From the NCBI GenBank assembly GCA_021161625.1, contig JAGHAG010000096.1:1-36359 (forward strand): DNA of 36,359 nucleotides. The letters run 5' to 3'. This document shows positions 1 to 8,910 of this stretch, in pieces (position 1 is the first letter of the stretch; each line of letters opens with the position of its first letter). Under the pieces are notes generated by a model that ran no database searches, was not told the DNA's origin, and was given only the letters and a program-made list of their open reading frames with translations. Origin of the DNA: Elusimicrobiota bacterium (GTDB taxonomy: Bacteria > CG03). The translations under genes were made by a program, and so were the position numbers.

Positions 1-130
1 CTTTTTTTATTTTTGAAAATTCCAAATTGCTTTCCTGTATCTGGCGTTCTACTTTTTTTAGGGTGGTGTGAATATCTCCAGAAGCAGGAATTGAAAACAG
101 CAAAAGCAAAAAAAGAATACTATATTTCAT
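1..130 (-). CDS. Partial CDS (N-terminal 43 codons, runs off the window): secreted coiled-coil protein, possibly an EnvC-like murein hydrolase activator
   Basis: Hand translation of the reverse strand from the ATG at 130-128 gives MKYSILFLLLLFSIPASGDIHTTLKKVERQIQESNLEFSKIKK. This is a signal-peptide-like start followed by a coiled-coil-like stretch. The start overlaps the ftsX stop. envC commonly follows ftsEX, so the product call rests on synteny only. Too short to appear in the ORF track. Confidence 0.4.
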   Translation of the reverse strand, partial: MKYSILFLLLLFSIPASGDIHTTLKKVERQIQESNLEFSKIKK

Positions 131-896
131 CCCGCAAAACCTGAAAGAAAGAAGGAAATGCAGCAATGATAAAAATGGCAAAAACATCCCAGTTCTTCAA
201 AAAGGAAAATTCAGCAAAAAAACTTTTTTTTAGAACCAAAAAGAAAAAAATTGCAAATAGTGTTGATGAAATTGGTAAAATCAGCAATTCAAAAAGATGC
301 GAAAGAAGGATTTTTGTTTTTGAAATACCTCTTTCTTTAAGGTAGTAAAAAGAGTTTGAAAATGGCTTAAAAATATTTATTTCTGCAAAGAGCAGGACAA
401 AGACAATTACAAGAAAAAATAGAAAAAGAAACTTTAAAATTTTTTTAAGCTTCATATCAAAGAGGAAGATGTTTTTCGTTTCTTTGCCTCCTGTATCTAT
501 ATCTTCAACCCCCTGCATTTTAGAAATTTGTGAAGATATTTTTTGGAATGTGGCAAAATTCAGCTCTGTAAGATAAACCTTTAAAAGTGAGGGAATGTCT
601 TTTCTGGGGATGTCTGCAAAAAGGTGGAAATCTTTCATAAATCCTTTAATCCCTGTAAGAACTTCATCAGGCAGAAGAAGTTCTGTTTTTTCCACTCCAG
701 GAATGCTCTTTATTTTATTTTGAATTTTGTAGATATCTGAAGAGTTTTTTAAAAAAACAGCAATAAAAACTTTTTTTCTTAAACTTTCACGATACTCAGA
801 ATAAGTGTTTTTAAATATAAAGAAAAAACCCACAAGCAATGAAATTGAAAAGTTTAAAAATAAAGTTCTTTTTTTATAATTCATAAATGTCCCCAT
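120..896 (-). CDS. ftsX: FtsX-like cell-division ABC permease
   Basis: One N-terminal TM, an extracytoplasmic alpha/beta-type domain of about 110 aa, then three C-terminal TM helices. Lies immediately downstream of, and overlaps, an FtsE-like ATPase. Confidence 0.7.
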   Translation of the reverse strand: MGTFMNYKKRTLFLNFSISLLVGFFFIFKNTYSEYRESLRKKVFIAVFLKNSSDIYKIQNKIKSIPGVEKTELLLPDEVLTGIKGFMKDFHLFADIPRKDIPSLLKVYLTELNFATFQKISSQISKMQGVEDIDTGGKETKNIFLFDMKLKKILKFLFLFFLVIVFVLLFAEINIFKPFSNSFYYLKERGISKTKILLSHLFELLILPISSTLFAIFFFLVLKKSFFAEFSFLKNWDVFAIFIIAAFPSFFQVLRDEI

Positions 897-1491
897 CTTT
901 TACCAAAAAGTGACGTTTGTTGAAAATTTGAGTTGTTGAAAAGTCAGAAGTCGCAATAAATATCGTGGTTCCACTTTTATTTTTTTCTATGAGTTTTTCA
1001 AGGACAGTGTGTTTATTTTCCTCATCTAAGCCCAGAAAGGGTTCATCAAAAAAAATGAGTTCCTCTTCAAGCACCAAAAAAGTTGCAATTTTGAGAAGCT
1101 TTCTTTGGCCTGTTGAAAGTTCTTTTGGCAGGGAATTTCTCTTTTCAAAAAGGTTCAGAGATTTTAAAAGTTCTGTAACTTCAAATGTTGCATCATAAGA
1201 ATCCATTTTTGGCAAAAGAAATTTTATATTTTCTTTTACAGTTTTGTTTTCAAGAAGCGAAACTCTGTCGCTGAAGAGAGGATATTTTTTTTCTGCAGTA
1301 ATTGCTCCCTGTGTGGGGGATTTTTTAAATGAAAGCAACTGACAGAGTATGCTCTTTCCTGAACCATTTTTGCCTTCAAGAACAACAAAGTCGTTCTGGA
1401 AAATTTCAAGGGATACATTTTTTAAGAGAATTTTCCCCTCTTTTTCATACCAGAGATTGTCAGCTTTTATTAAAATTCGCATTTTCCACAC
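874..1491 (-). CDS. ftsE: FtsE-like cell-division ABC ATPase
   Basis: Walker A GKNGSGKS, ABC signature LSTGQRKLL, Walker B LIFFDEPFLGLD. About 205 aa with no TM domain, coupled to the ftsX-like gene. Confidence 0.8.
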   Translation of the reverse strand: MWKMRILIKADNLWYEKEGKILLKNVSLEIFQNDFVVLEGKNGSGKSILCQLLSFKKSPTQGAITAEKKYPLFSDRVSLLENKTVKENIKFLLPKMDSYDATFEVTELLKSLNLFEKRNSLPKELSTGQRKLLKIATFLVLEEELIFFDEPFLGLDEENKHTVLEKLIEKNKSGTTIFIATSDFSTTQIFNKRHFLVKDGDIYEL

Positions 1492-2377
1492 CTCTTAAAA
1501 GATTTAGGAAAAAATTAAAATTTAAGCAATTCAAATTTTTATATTCCAAACAAACTTTTTTTCTATTTTTCCCCTCAACATATTTAAGAAAACTCTCTAC
1601 TTTTTTTGAGTAAATGAGGGGCCTAAAATTTATTCCACAGATATAGGCAACAACAACAGCATGATAGGGCGCACAGAGGAGTAGGCCTGTTTGTTTAAAA
1701 AAATCAATTAAGTCCTCAAGTTTTGAGATTTTTTTTATATCTGTTTGTAAAGACAGTAGTTTTTTTATTTTTTCAGCAAGGGGTCTGTCTTTTTCACTAA
1801 AGATAGCAATTTTTAGTGGCAAATCAGAGAAATTTTGTTGAATTTCTTTCAAGGGTTCCTTTAAAAGCAAAAAATTCCCACGGGGAATAATTCCCACTGC
1901 TTTTGGAGATATATTTTCTAAATCAGGAAGTTCCAATGAAAAAACAGGGTCAGCACTTAAAAAAGCATTAATGCCAATTGACTTTAAAATGTTAAAGGAA
2001 ACGTGATCGCGAACGCTGAGCATTTTGACTTTTTTCAATGCAATTTTTAAAACCTTTAAGACAAATTTATTTGTAATTTCAAAACCCTGGTCAAGAAGGA
2101 AAACTTTTTTTCCTGAAATCAACGCGAAAAAAATAGTCAATATATAAAAAAAAACGGATTTTAATGAGGTTTCATCCTGAAAGATGCTTCCTCCAGGAAA
2201 AACAAAAGCATCATTTTTAAGGATTTTGGAAAGAGTCATTAAGGGTTGTTTAGCCATTTTTTGGGCTGTATCTATCTTAAAATTTTCAGGCATTCGTTTT
2301 TTAAAAATTTCAACCAGAAGTTCATCTCCAAAGTTTCCATATCCAAAGTATCCAGCAAGAAGGATTTTTTTAATCAC
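1460..2377 (-). CDS. csaB: Polysaccharide pyruvyl transferase, CsaB-like
   Basis: The N-terminal ILLAGYFGYGNFGDELL motif is typical of the CsaB/PS_pyruv_trans family. Size is about 300 aa. Confidence 0.65.
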   Translation of the reverse strand: MIKKILLAGYFGYGNFGDELLVEIFKKRMPENFKIDTAQKMAKQPLMTLSKILKNDAFVFPGGSIFQDETSLKSVFFYILTIFFALISGKKVFLLDQGFEITNKFVLKVLKIALKKVKMLSVRDHVSFNILKSIGINAFLSADPVFSLELPDLENISPKAVGIIPRGNFLLLKEPLKEIQQNFSDLPLKIAIFSEKDRPLAEKIKKLLSLQTDIKKISKLEDLIDFFKQTGLLLCAPYHAVVVAYICGINFRPLIYSKKVESFLKYVEGKNRKKVCLEYKNLNCLNFNFFLNLLRGVENANFNKS

Positions 2378-4251
2378 TAATCTATTATTTTTATGTATTT
2401 TAAGAGATTCACAAGCAAAACCCCGACAATTACCCCACAGAAAATTCCATTTAGGGTTCTGAAAATTCCTATCAAAAATGGAGAATGTATATGCGCAAAG
2501 GTATTTATGATTGAGACCTGTCCTATCAAACCTAAAAGAATCAGGGGCCTGAATTTTATCTTTTCATCTTTCGGTGCAGTAAGATAAAGATAAAAACCCA
2601 GAATCATAATAGGATGTCCGAAGAGAAATTCCTTAAATCTTGGTCTTGCAAAGAAAATTTTTTCAAGCCAGATTCTGAAAGTTTCTTCAAAAGGGAGGAA
2701 AAATCCAAATTGATTTGAACTGCGAAAAATCAACAACACAACCAGAATAATCACAAGAGAACCAAATAGAAGATGTCTTACTTCAAGGCGCTTTTTCAAG
2801 ACCCTTTCTAAACTTGTTGAAAAATAACTTTTTTCCCTACCATAAAGAAGCAGAAATGTTATTAGGAGAGGAAGTATCAAAGAAAGTTTTACACCTCTGA
2901 AGAGATTTATTTTTAGCATAAAATCACTTGAAGAGAGTATTGCGGTTACAAAAATCGCACCGAGCAGGGAAATGAAAGTTACCTTTAAAAAAATCAAAAT
3001 AACAAGAGTCAATGGTGGGACATTATGCTTTTTCCATGTTTTTGATATTGCAAGGATTGGGAACACCAGAGTTGCCAGAAAAGCCATTAACTGTCTGAAA
3101 AGTGTGAATTTTGCAAAAAAGAGAGTCGTGAAAACAGCAACAATCAAGAAACCAATGTCAAAATGTGCTGGGGTCTCATAGATAAGGGTTATCAGCCAGT
3201 AAATTGCAGCAAAAATTGCAATGGAAATAAAGACATAACTTAAATAACCTGCATTCCAGCGGGGAAGAATTTTCATTTTCCCTATTTCAAAAGAGTTTGC
3301 AAGAAGCATATTTTTTACTCCACCCACAAATGAAAGAAATTCAAAATAATTGTCATTATTCGGATGGAGATACACCATTTGTATATTTCTTTCCTTGACA
3401 CTTCTTAAAATAGAGGTGGTTTTAAAAAAGTCGTTTTCTCCTTTTGGAGAGAAGCACAAAAATACTTTTTTGCATTTTTCTGCAAGGATTTTTTGTCCCT
3501 GAATTTTTGCAAATTCTACCACACCAAAAGGAATTTTTTTATCATTAAGAACAGCGCCAAGTTTTTCCGGCAGTGGGGCTTTTATCCCGTCTATAATAAC
3601 CCCTGTTACAGAGGCATCTTCTTTAAAGTCAGCAAAAAGTTCCTCAATCCATTGAGGGGTTACAAATGCATCATGCGTGGGTTTGAGTACAATTTGAAAA
3701 CCATGTTTTTTTAAAACCTCAACTTCACCCTGCCAGAATCCCAGATGTAGAGAGTTTAAAATTGCTTTTTTAGTAAAGGTGATTACAAGATAGTATTTGC
3801 CTGTAAAGGTTCCTGTAACATCTTTTGTGGGCAGTTTCTCTGAAAGAGATTTTTTTATAAAACTTCCCAGGGAAGGGTTTTTTGTAAAAATGTAGAGGAA
3901 GTGGTCCTTATTTTGTATTTGAGTTGCTTCCAGAAATTTTGGATTATTTCTAAAAAGATATCGCCACTTTTCAATATCCACCCCTGAAATAACATTAACA
4001 AGAGCGTTTTTTTCAAGGCATTTGAGAGTTGTTTCTTTTATACCCACGGTTGTAATGCCAACTTCCTTTAAATCTTTTAAAACTTCTTCAATGCTTTTGC
4101 CTGAAATCAGGGAAAGGTGCATGACATCTGTAAAATCACAGGCAAGTTCTATTTTCTTGAAGTTTTTTTCAAGGGTTATTTTTTTTGAAATTGTCCAGAG
4201 GGCAAAAACAAAACCAAGAGTTATAAATAAATAAGTGAGATTTTTTTTCAT
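2377..4251 (-). CDS. Large polytopic membrane protein (recalled as the DUF5693-type partner of CsaB)
   Basis: One N-terminal TM, a soluble domain of about 330 aa, then about 8 C-terminal TM helices. Its stop abuts the csaB start (shared base 2377). The family name is from memory of csaB neighbourhoods and was not verified. Confidence 0.45.
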   Translation of the reverse strand: MKKNLTYLFITLGFVFALWTISKKITLEKNFKKIELACDFTDVMHLSLISGKSIEEVLKDLKEVGITTVGIKETTLKCLEKNALVNVISGVDIEKWRYLFRNNPKFLEATQIQNKDHFLYIFTKNPSLGSFIKKSLSEKLPTKDVTGTFTGKYYLVITFTKKAILNSLHLGFWQGEVEVLKKHGFQIVLKPTHDAFVTPQWIEELFADFKEDASVTGVIIDGIKAPLPEKLGAVLNDKKIPFGVVEFAKIQGQKILAEKCKKVFLCFSPKGENDFFKTTSILRSVKERNIQMVYLHPNNDNYFEFLSFVGGVKNMLLANSFEIGKMKILPRWNAGYLSYVFISIAIFAAIYWLITLIYETPAHFDIGFLIVAVFTTLFFAKFTLFRQLMAFLATLVFPILAISKTWKKHNVPPLTLVILIFLKVTFISLLGAIFVTAILSSSDFMLKINLFRGVKLSLILPLLITFLLLYGREKSYFSTSLERVLKKRLEVRHLLFGSLVIILVVLLIFRSSNQFGFFLPFEETFRIWLEKIFFARPRFKEFLFGHPIMILGFYLYLTAPKDEKIKFRPLILLGLIGQVSIINTFAHIHSPFLIGIFRTLNGIFCGVIVGVLLVNLLKYIKIID

Positions 4252-4634
4252 TTTTTATGAAAGTAAAAAGCTGATGATAAAACCTTAGAAAGAATAGTTG
4301 TTTTTTTACTTTTTTTACCAAAGGAGACAATTTCTAATTCAGGATTAAACTCTGCAAGAAACTGCAGACACGCCCCACAGGGGATTTGTGGCTCATCATC
4401 CTCTGTCATAACATAAATGCGTTTAAAGTCTTTTTCACCGTCTTTTATTGCACAGGCAGCTGCAACTCTTTCAGCACAAAGGGTAAGTCCAAAGGAGGCA
4501 TTTTCCACATTTACACCTGAGTATAATTTTCCAGATTTTGTTTCAATTACTGCTGCAACTTTATAATGGGAATAGGGGGAGTAGGAGTTTTTAATTGTCT
4601 TTTTGAGAAGTTTAAGAATTTCTTTTTCTTTCAA
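4248..4634 (-). CDS. cdd: Cytidine deaminase
   Basis: Zinc-ligand motifs CAERVA and PCGACLQFL. A 128-aa homotetramer-type Cdd. Confidence 0.9.
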   Translation of the reverse strand: MKEKEILKLLKKTIKNSYSPYSHYKVAAVIETKSGKLYSGVNVENASFGLTLCAERVAAACAIKDGEKDFKRIYVMTEDDEPQIPCGACLQFLAEFNPELEIVSFGKKSKKTTILSKVLSSAFYFHKK

Positions 4635-5361
4635 GAATTTTCACCCCTTCTATTGCCACCTGAATTGCCTCATCAATCCCTACCTTTTTCTCTATGGGTT
4701 TGTCCGCATAAGTAAGCCCTATTATTGCAAGAACCTCACCAGCGTACACCCTTTTGATTGAGGATATTACAAAAAGTGCAGCGGATTCCATTGAGGTGGC
4801 AAGGACATTTCCTCTGTACCATGCTTTCCACATCTGCTCGTTGTATTCTGCAAGAGGAAGGTCATTTGCTCCCTCTGTATAAAAAGCGTCTTTACAATGC
4901 ACAATACCTGTGTGATAAGAGATGTTTAATTTTTTTGCAGCCTCAACCAAAGCACTTGTAACTTCAAAATCAGCAACAGCAGGATAACTTAATGGAATAT
5001 ACTGTCTGGTAGTTCCTTCCTCTCTTACTGCTGCCTGGGAGATTACAACATCCCCAAGACCAACATGTTGCTGAAGGGAGCCAGCAGTCCCCACTCTTAT
5101 AAAAGTATCTGCTCCACATTTTATAAGTTCTTCAATACAGATTGCTGTTGAAGGACAACCTATACCGGTTGATGTGGTTGAAATTTTTATACCATCAACT
5201 TCCCCTGTAAAAGTTCGGTATTCTCTGTTAAAGGCAATTTCTTTAGCATTTTTAAAGTATTTGGCGATTTTTTCAGTTCTCCCAGGGTCACCAGGTAAAA
5301 GGACATATCTTCCCACATCTCCTTTACTTAGTGCAATGTGATACTCTTTCCCTTCCTCCAT
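4612..5361 (-). CDS. udp: Uridine phosphorylase
   Basis: LLPGDPGRTEKIA, STGIGCPS and YPAVADFEVTSALVEAAK closely parallel E. coli Udp (FPAVADFECTTALVEAAK). Adjacent to cdd. Confidence 0.85.
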   Translation of the reverse strand: MEEGKEYHIALSKGDVGRYVLLPGDPGRTEKIAKYFKNAKEIAFNREYRTFTGEVDGIKISTTSTGIGCPSTAICIEELIKCGADTFIRVGTAGSLQQHVGLGDVVISQAAVREEGTTRQYIPLSYPAVADFEVTSALVEAAKKLNISYHTGIVHCKDAFYTEGANDLPLAEYNEQMWKAWYRGNVLATSMESAALFVISSIKRVYAGEVLAIIGLTYADKPIEKKVGIDEAIQVAIEGVKILERKRNS

Positions 5362-5406
5362 AAGATTTTTCCTTTTTTTGAAAAATCATAGCAAAATTAC
5401 TTCACA

Positions 5407-5435
5407 TTGACAAGGGATAAAATTTAATGTATTTT
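5407..5435 (+). promoter_or_regulatory. Candidate sigma70-type promoter for the coiled-coil operon
   Basis: TTGACA (5407-5412), a 17-nt spacer, then TATTTT (5430-5435). The ATG is at 5444 and there is no Shine-Dalgarno sequence in between. Confidence 0.3.
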
Positions 5436-5443
5436 TTAACATA

Positions 5444-8332
5444 ATGGAAGAGAGGAGTAACAATTTTAAAGACCTAAAAATTGCATTGGGAAAACAGGTT
5501 TCTGCCATACATGAAAAATATGAAAAAGAAATTTCCCAGCTAAAGGAAAAGATAAGTACTCTTGAGAAGGAAAAAGCATATCTTCAGGCAAAATCTTCAA
5601 TAGAACTTGCAAAACTCAATGCAGAATATCGCAAACGTATTCAGGAAATTGAAAAAAAGGAAAAATTCCTTTCTGCCAGAGAGATGGAAATTGAAGAAAA
5701 AGAGAAAAAATTAGAAATGCTCCTGGAAGAAAAAGAGCAGATTATCAAAAATTTGAATGTGGAGATTCTTGAAATCCAGTCCAATCTTACAGCAGAATTT
5801 AATAAAAGCTTAAGAGAAAAAGAGTGGGAAATTTTAAGAGCAAAGGATGAGATAAAGACGCATGAAAAAATTTTAAAGGATAGAGAAAGAAAGGCAAATG
5901 TTGAAATAGATGCACTAAAGAATGAAATCAGGAATTTAAGAGACAAACACAGGGAGGAAGTTTTTTCTCTTAATGCGGAATTTTCTCGACAGAAAGGAGA
6001 GTTTGAAAGAGAGAAATTTAAACTTGAACAGACAATAAAAAACCTAAAAAACACAATAACTGCGCTCAGAGAAGAGCAGAGAAAACTCGTCTCAAAATAT
6101 GAAGAGGAACTGAAATCCCAGACAATTTCTTTTGCCGGGAAGGAGTCGGAATTACAAAATGCAATAGAAGAACTAAAAACTGCAAACGAGAATTTAAACA
6201 AGCAAATAGATACCATAAGAGCCAGGTGGCAGGATGAAGTAAATCAGCAAAAATCCGTATATGAATCCCAGATACAGGATTTAAAGGCAGAAATTCAATC
6301 CCTGAAAAATGCAAACGAAGTTCAGAAAAAAACAATTACTGATTTAAGAAATCTAAATGAGACATTAAAAGAAAATTATGCAAACAGAATTGCAGAACTT
6401 GAGGCATCTTCCCGTGCAGTGGAGATAGATTTGCGAAACACAATTTTGGGCAAGGATTCTGAAATAGAAAAACTTAAGAAGATAATAGAGATTTTGAAAA
6501 AAAATTATGAAGCAAGAATTTCCCAATTCCAGAAGGAAAGAGCCAGAGTATATCAGGAAATTGAAAAAATAAAGGCAGAAAAAAACGAGACAGAAAACAA
6601 ACTTTCATCAGAAATTTTAGCACTGAATGAGGAAAAAAAACATCTTTCAGAAATTTATGAAAGCCAGATTACCTCTTTAAAGGAAAAAATAATTGAACAC
6701 AAAAAAGCAATTTCAGATATTGAAAGTGCAGCAAATTATGAAAAAACAAATCTTAATTTAAAGATAACAGCCCTGAAAGCTGAAACTGAAAAATTAAAGG
6801 AAGATATTTCTAAGTTAATCAGGGAAAAGGAAAAAATTCTTGAAGAAAAGAACAATGAAATTTTTAACTTAAATCTATTGTTAAAAGAAAGAGAGAAAGA
6901 GGCAGCAGCCCGATATAGCGAACTTAAAGAGAAAAGCAAGGTGGATGAGGCGAATTATGAAAAAGACAGGAAAAAATGGGAAGAGGAAAAAGAGAACCTC
7001 AGTAAGAAAATAGAATTGCTTGAAAAAGCCCTTGATGAGCAAAAGATGAAGGCATCTCTGGAAATAACGACTCTCAAAAAAGAAAAAGAAGAAATTGAAC
7101 AAAACCTCCGTGCAGAGGCTCAAGTTTTAAAAGAGAAGATAGATTTTCTAAACAAAAAAATTTCAGAAGCAGAAGAAAAACACTTTCAGGAACTTTTGGA
7201 AAACCAGAAACAAATGGAAGCGATTAAAGAGGAATATCAAAAACAACTTGAGGGCAAAGAAGAAGAAATTTTCAAAATCAGAGAAGAATATCAGGTAAAA
7301 TTAAGAGATTTTCAGGAGAATGCCAATCTTGAAATTCAAAATCTGAGGCAGACAATTGTTGAAAATTCTGAAAAGTGGCATCTTGAAAGGCAAAAACTTC
7401 TTTCTCAAATTACTGAAAAGGAAAACGAAATAAGAAATCTTAACAAAACATATGAAAAGGAAATAAGCAATTTAGAGCAATTAAAAAATGTTCAGATTGA
7501 AAACCTGAAGACAGAAATTGAAAAATCCCTTGAGAAAAATCGAAAATTACACGAAGAAATTGAGCAGTTTAAAGAGGAAAATAGAAAACTTAATCTGCTT
7601 ATTTCACAACTTAAAGAAGAGTTAAAAAGAAAAGAAAAAGAGCATGAAGATGCGCTTCTCACATATAACACTGTGCTTGATGAGAGGGAAAAGGAAATCA
7701 AAGAAAAAGCAAAAGAAATTGAAAATCTGAAAAAAGAACTGTTTGATATTTCAAGGAAAAAGGATGCAGAAATTTCCGCACTTGTTGAAGAGATAAATAA
7801 ACTGAATTCTCAAAAAGCATCTATAGAAAAGATTTTTGAAGAATTTAAAGAAAAGGCAGAAAGCGAGAAGCTTGAGTTAAATAGAAGGATTTCAGAATTG
7901 CAAGAATCTTTTAAAGCACAAATCAGCGACCTTGAAAAGAAGAGAGACATTCTCATGATTGAAAAAAATACAGAAATTGAAAAATTGAAAGCAAGCATTT
8001 CCAGATTAAAGAAAGAACTTGAAAGTTCTTCTCTTCAGGCAAAAGCAGAATTAGAGGATATTAAAAAGTATTACATGGATTTAATAAGAGAAAAAGAGGA
8101 CAATTTTAAAAATCAGATTGTTGGTTTTAAGGAAAAACTTAGTGAATTTGCAAATCAGAATAGAAAATTGAATAATGTAATACAGAAACAAAAACGCGAG
8201 AAAGAAAATTTGATAAAGGAATTTGAAAATAAAGAAAATGCTTTAAAGATGGGTTTTGAAAGGCAACTTAAAAAGACAGGGCAGATTTTGAAAAGGAGAA
8301 AGAAAATCTTCTTTCCCGGATTGAGAACTTAA
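5444..8332 (+). CDS. Giant coiled-coil protein A, N-terminal 962 codons (the frame changes near 8270-8275)
   Basis: Continuous E/K/L/I/N/Q-rich helical composition. No Walker motif, TM or signal motif. The last approximately 19 residues (DRADFE... replaced by TGQILKRRKKIFFPGLRT) look out of frame. Confidence 0.8.
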   Translation: MEERSNNFKDLKIALGKQVSAIHEKYEKEISQLKEKISTLEKEKAYLQAKSSIELAKLNAEYRKRIQEIEKKEKFLSAREMEIEEKEKKLEMLLEEKEQIIKNLNVEILEIQSNLTAEFNKSLREKEWEILRAKDEIKTHEKILKDRERKANVEIDALKNEIRNLRDKHREEVFSLNAEFSRQKGEFEREKFKLEQTIKNLKNTITALREEQRKLVSKYEEELKSQTISFAGKESELQNAIEELKTANENLNKQIDTIRARWQDEVNQQKSVYESQIQDLKAEIQSLKNANEVQKKTITDLRNLNETLKENYANRIAELEASSRAVEIDLRNTILGKDSEIEKLKKIIEILKKNYEARISQFQKERARVYQEIEKIKAEKNETENKLSSEILALNEEKKHLSEIYESQITSLKEKIIEHKKAISDIESAANYEKTNLNLKITALKAETEKLKEDISKLIREKEKILEEKNNEIFNLNLLLKEREKEAAARYSELKEKSKVDEANYEKDRKKWEEEKENLSKKIELLEKALDEQKMKASLEITTLKKEKEEIEQNLRAEAQVLKEKIDFLNKKISEAEEKHFQELLENQKQMEAIKEEYQKQLEGKEEEIFKIREEYQVKLRDFQENANLEIQNLRQTIVENSEKWHLERQKLLSQITEKENEIRNLNKTYEKEISNLEQLKNVQIENLKTEIEKSLEKNRKLHEEIEQFKEENRKLNLLISQLKEELKRKEKEHEDALLTYNTVLDEREKEIKEKAKEIENLKKELFDISRKKDAEISALVEEINKLNSQKASIEKIFEEFKEKAESEKLELNRRISELQESFKAQISDLEKKRDILMIEKNTEIEKLKASISRLKKELESSSLQAKAELEDIKKYYMDLIREKEDNFKNQIVGFKEKLSEFANQNRKLNNVIQKQKREKENLIKEFENKENALKMGFERQLKKTGQILKRRKKIFFPGLRT

Positions 8333-8472
8333 ATGAAAAAATTACATTAACAGAAAACAAGGCGAAAAAAGAAATTAGAAATCTTTTAGATGAAAAGGAA
8401 CATCTTAACAAAACAATTTCAGAGATTGAACTTTTAAGAGAAAACGAACGTGCGGCATGGGATAAACAAAGG

Positions 8473-8907
8473 GTGGAACTTTTAAATCAGTTGAAATTAA
8501 GGGATTTGAAAATTGAGGAAGAATATAGGGTTTTTAAGGAAAAACTGGAAAAAGCAAATCAGGAAATAGCTGAACTCAGTTCTCAAATCACTGAAATTGA
8601 AAAGTCCTGGCAGGAAAAAATTGAGAAAGAAAGGCAGAATTTTGAGAAAGAAAAAAAGGCACTTTCCGAGCAAAATCAAAAATTAAAAGAAGAAATAAAG
8701 GAAATTTACAAGACAACTTCTCAGGAAAAGGAAAACATGGCAAAAGAATTTGCTGAACGATTAAAAGAAAAAGAAACTGCCTTTAATGAGGAAAAAATTA
8801 AACTTGAAAATGAACTCAGGGATTTAAGAGACATAAACAGAGCCCTTGAAGAGGAATTATCATCCATAAGGGCAAGACTTGAGACATTTAAGAAGGGGGG
8901 TTTTTAA
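8473..8907 (+). CDS. C-terminal continuation of coiled-coil protein A in the -1 frame (this frame is open from 8272)
   Basis: The frame has no stop from 8272 to 8907 and reads DRADFEKEKENLLSRIENLNEKITL..., the same composition as the upstream ORF. There is no in-frame ATG or convincing SD before the GTG at 8473. Confidence 0.7.
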   Translation: MELLNQLKLRDLKIEEEYRVFKEKLEKANQEIAELSSQITEIEKSWQEKIEKERQNFEKEKKALSEQNQKLKEEIKEIYKTTSQEKENMAKEFAERLKEKETAFNEEKIKLENELRDLRDINRALEEELSSIRARLETFKKGGF

Positions 8908-8910
8908 AAA

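Noticed and set aside
8473-8907. Treating 8473..8907 as an independent 144-aa gene.
   Set aside because: Its frame is open for 200 nt upstream with identical coiled-coil composition, and no SD or ATG precedes the GTG. The upstream ORF ends in an out-of-character tail exactly where this frame opens.
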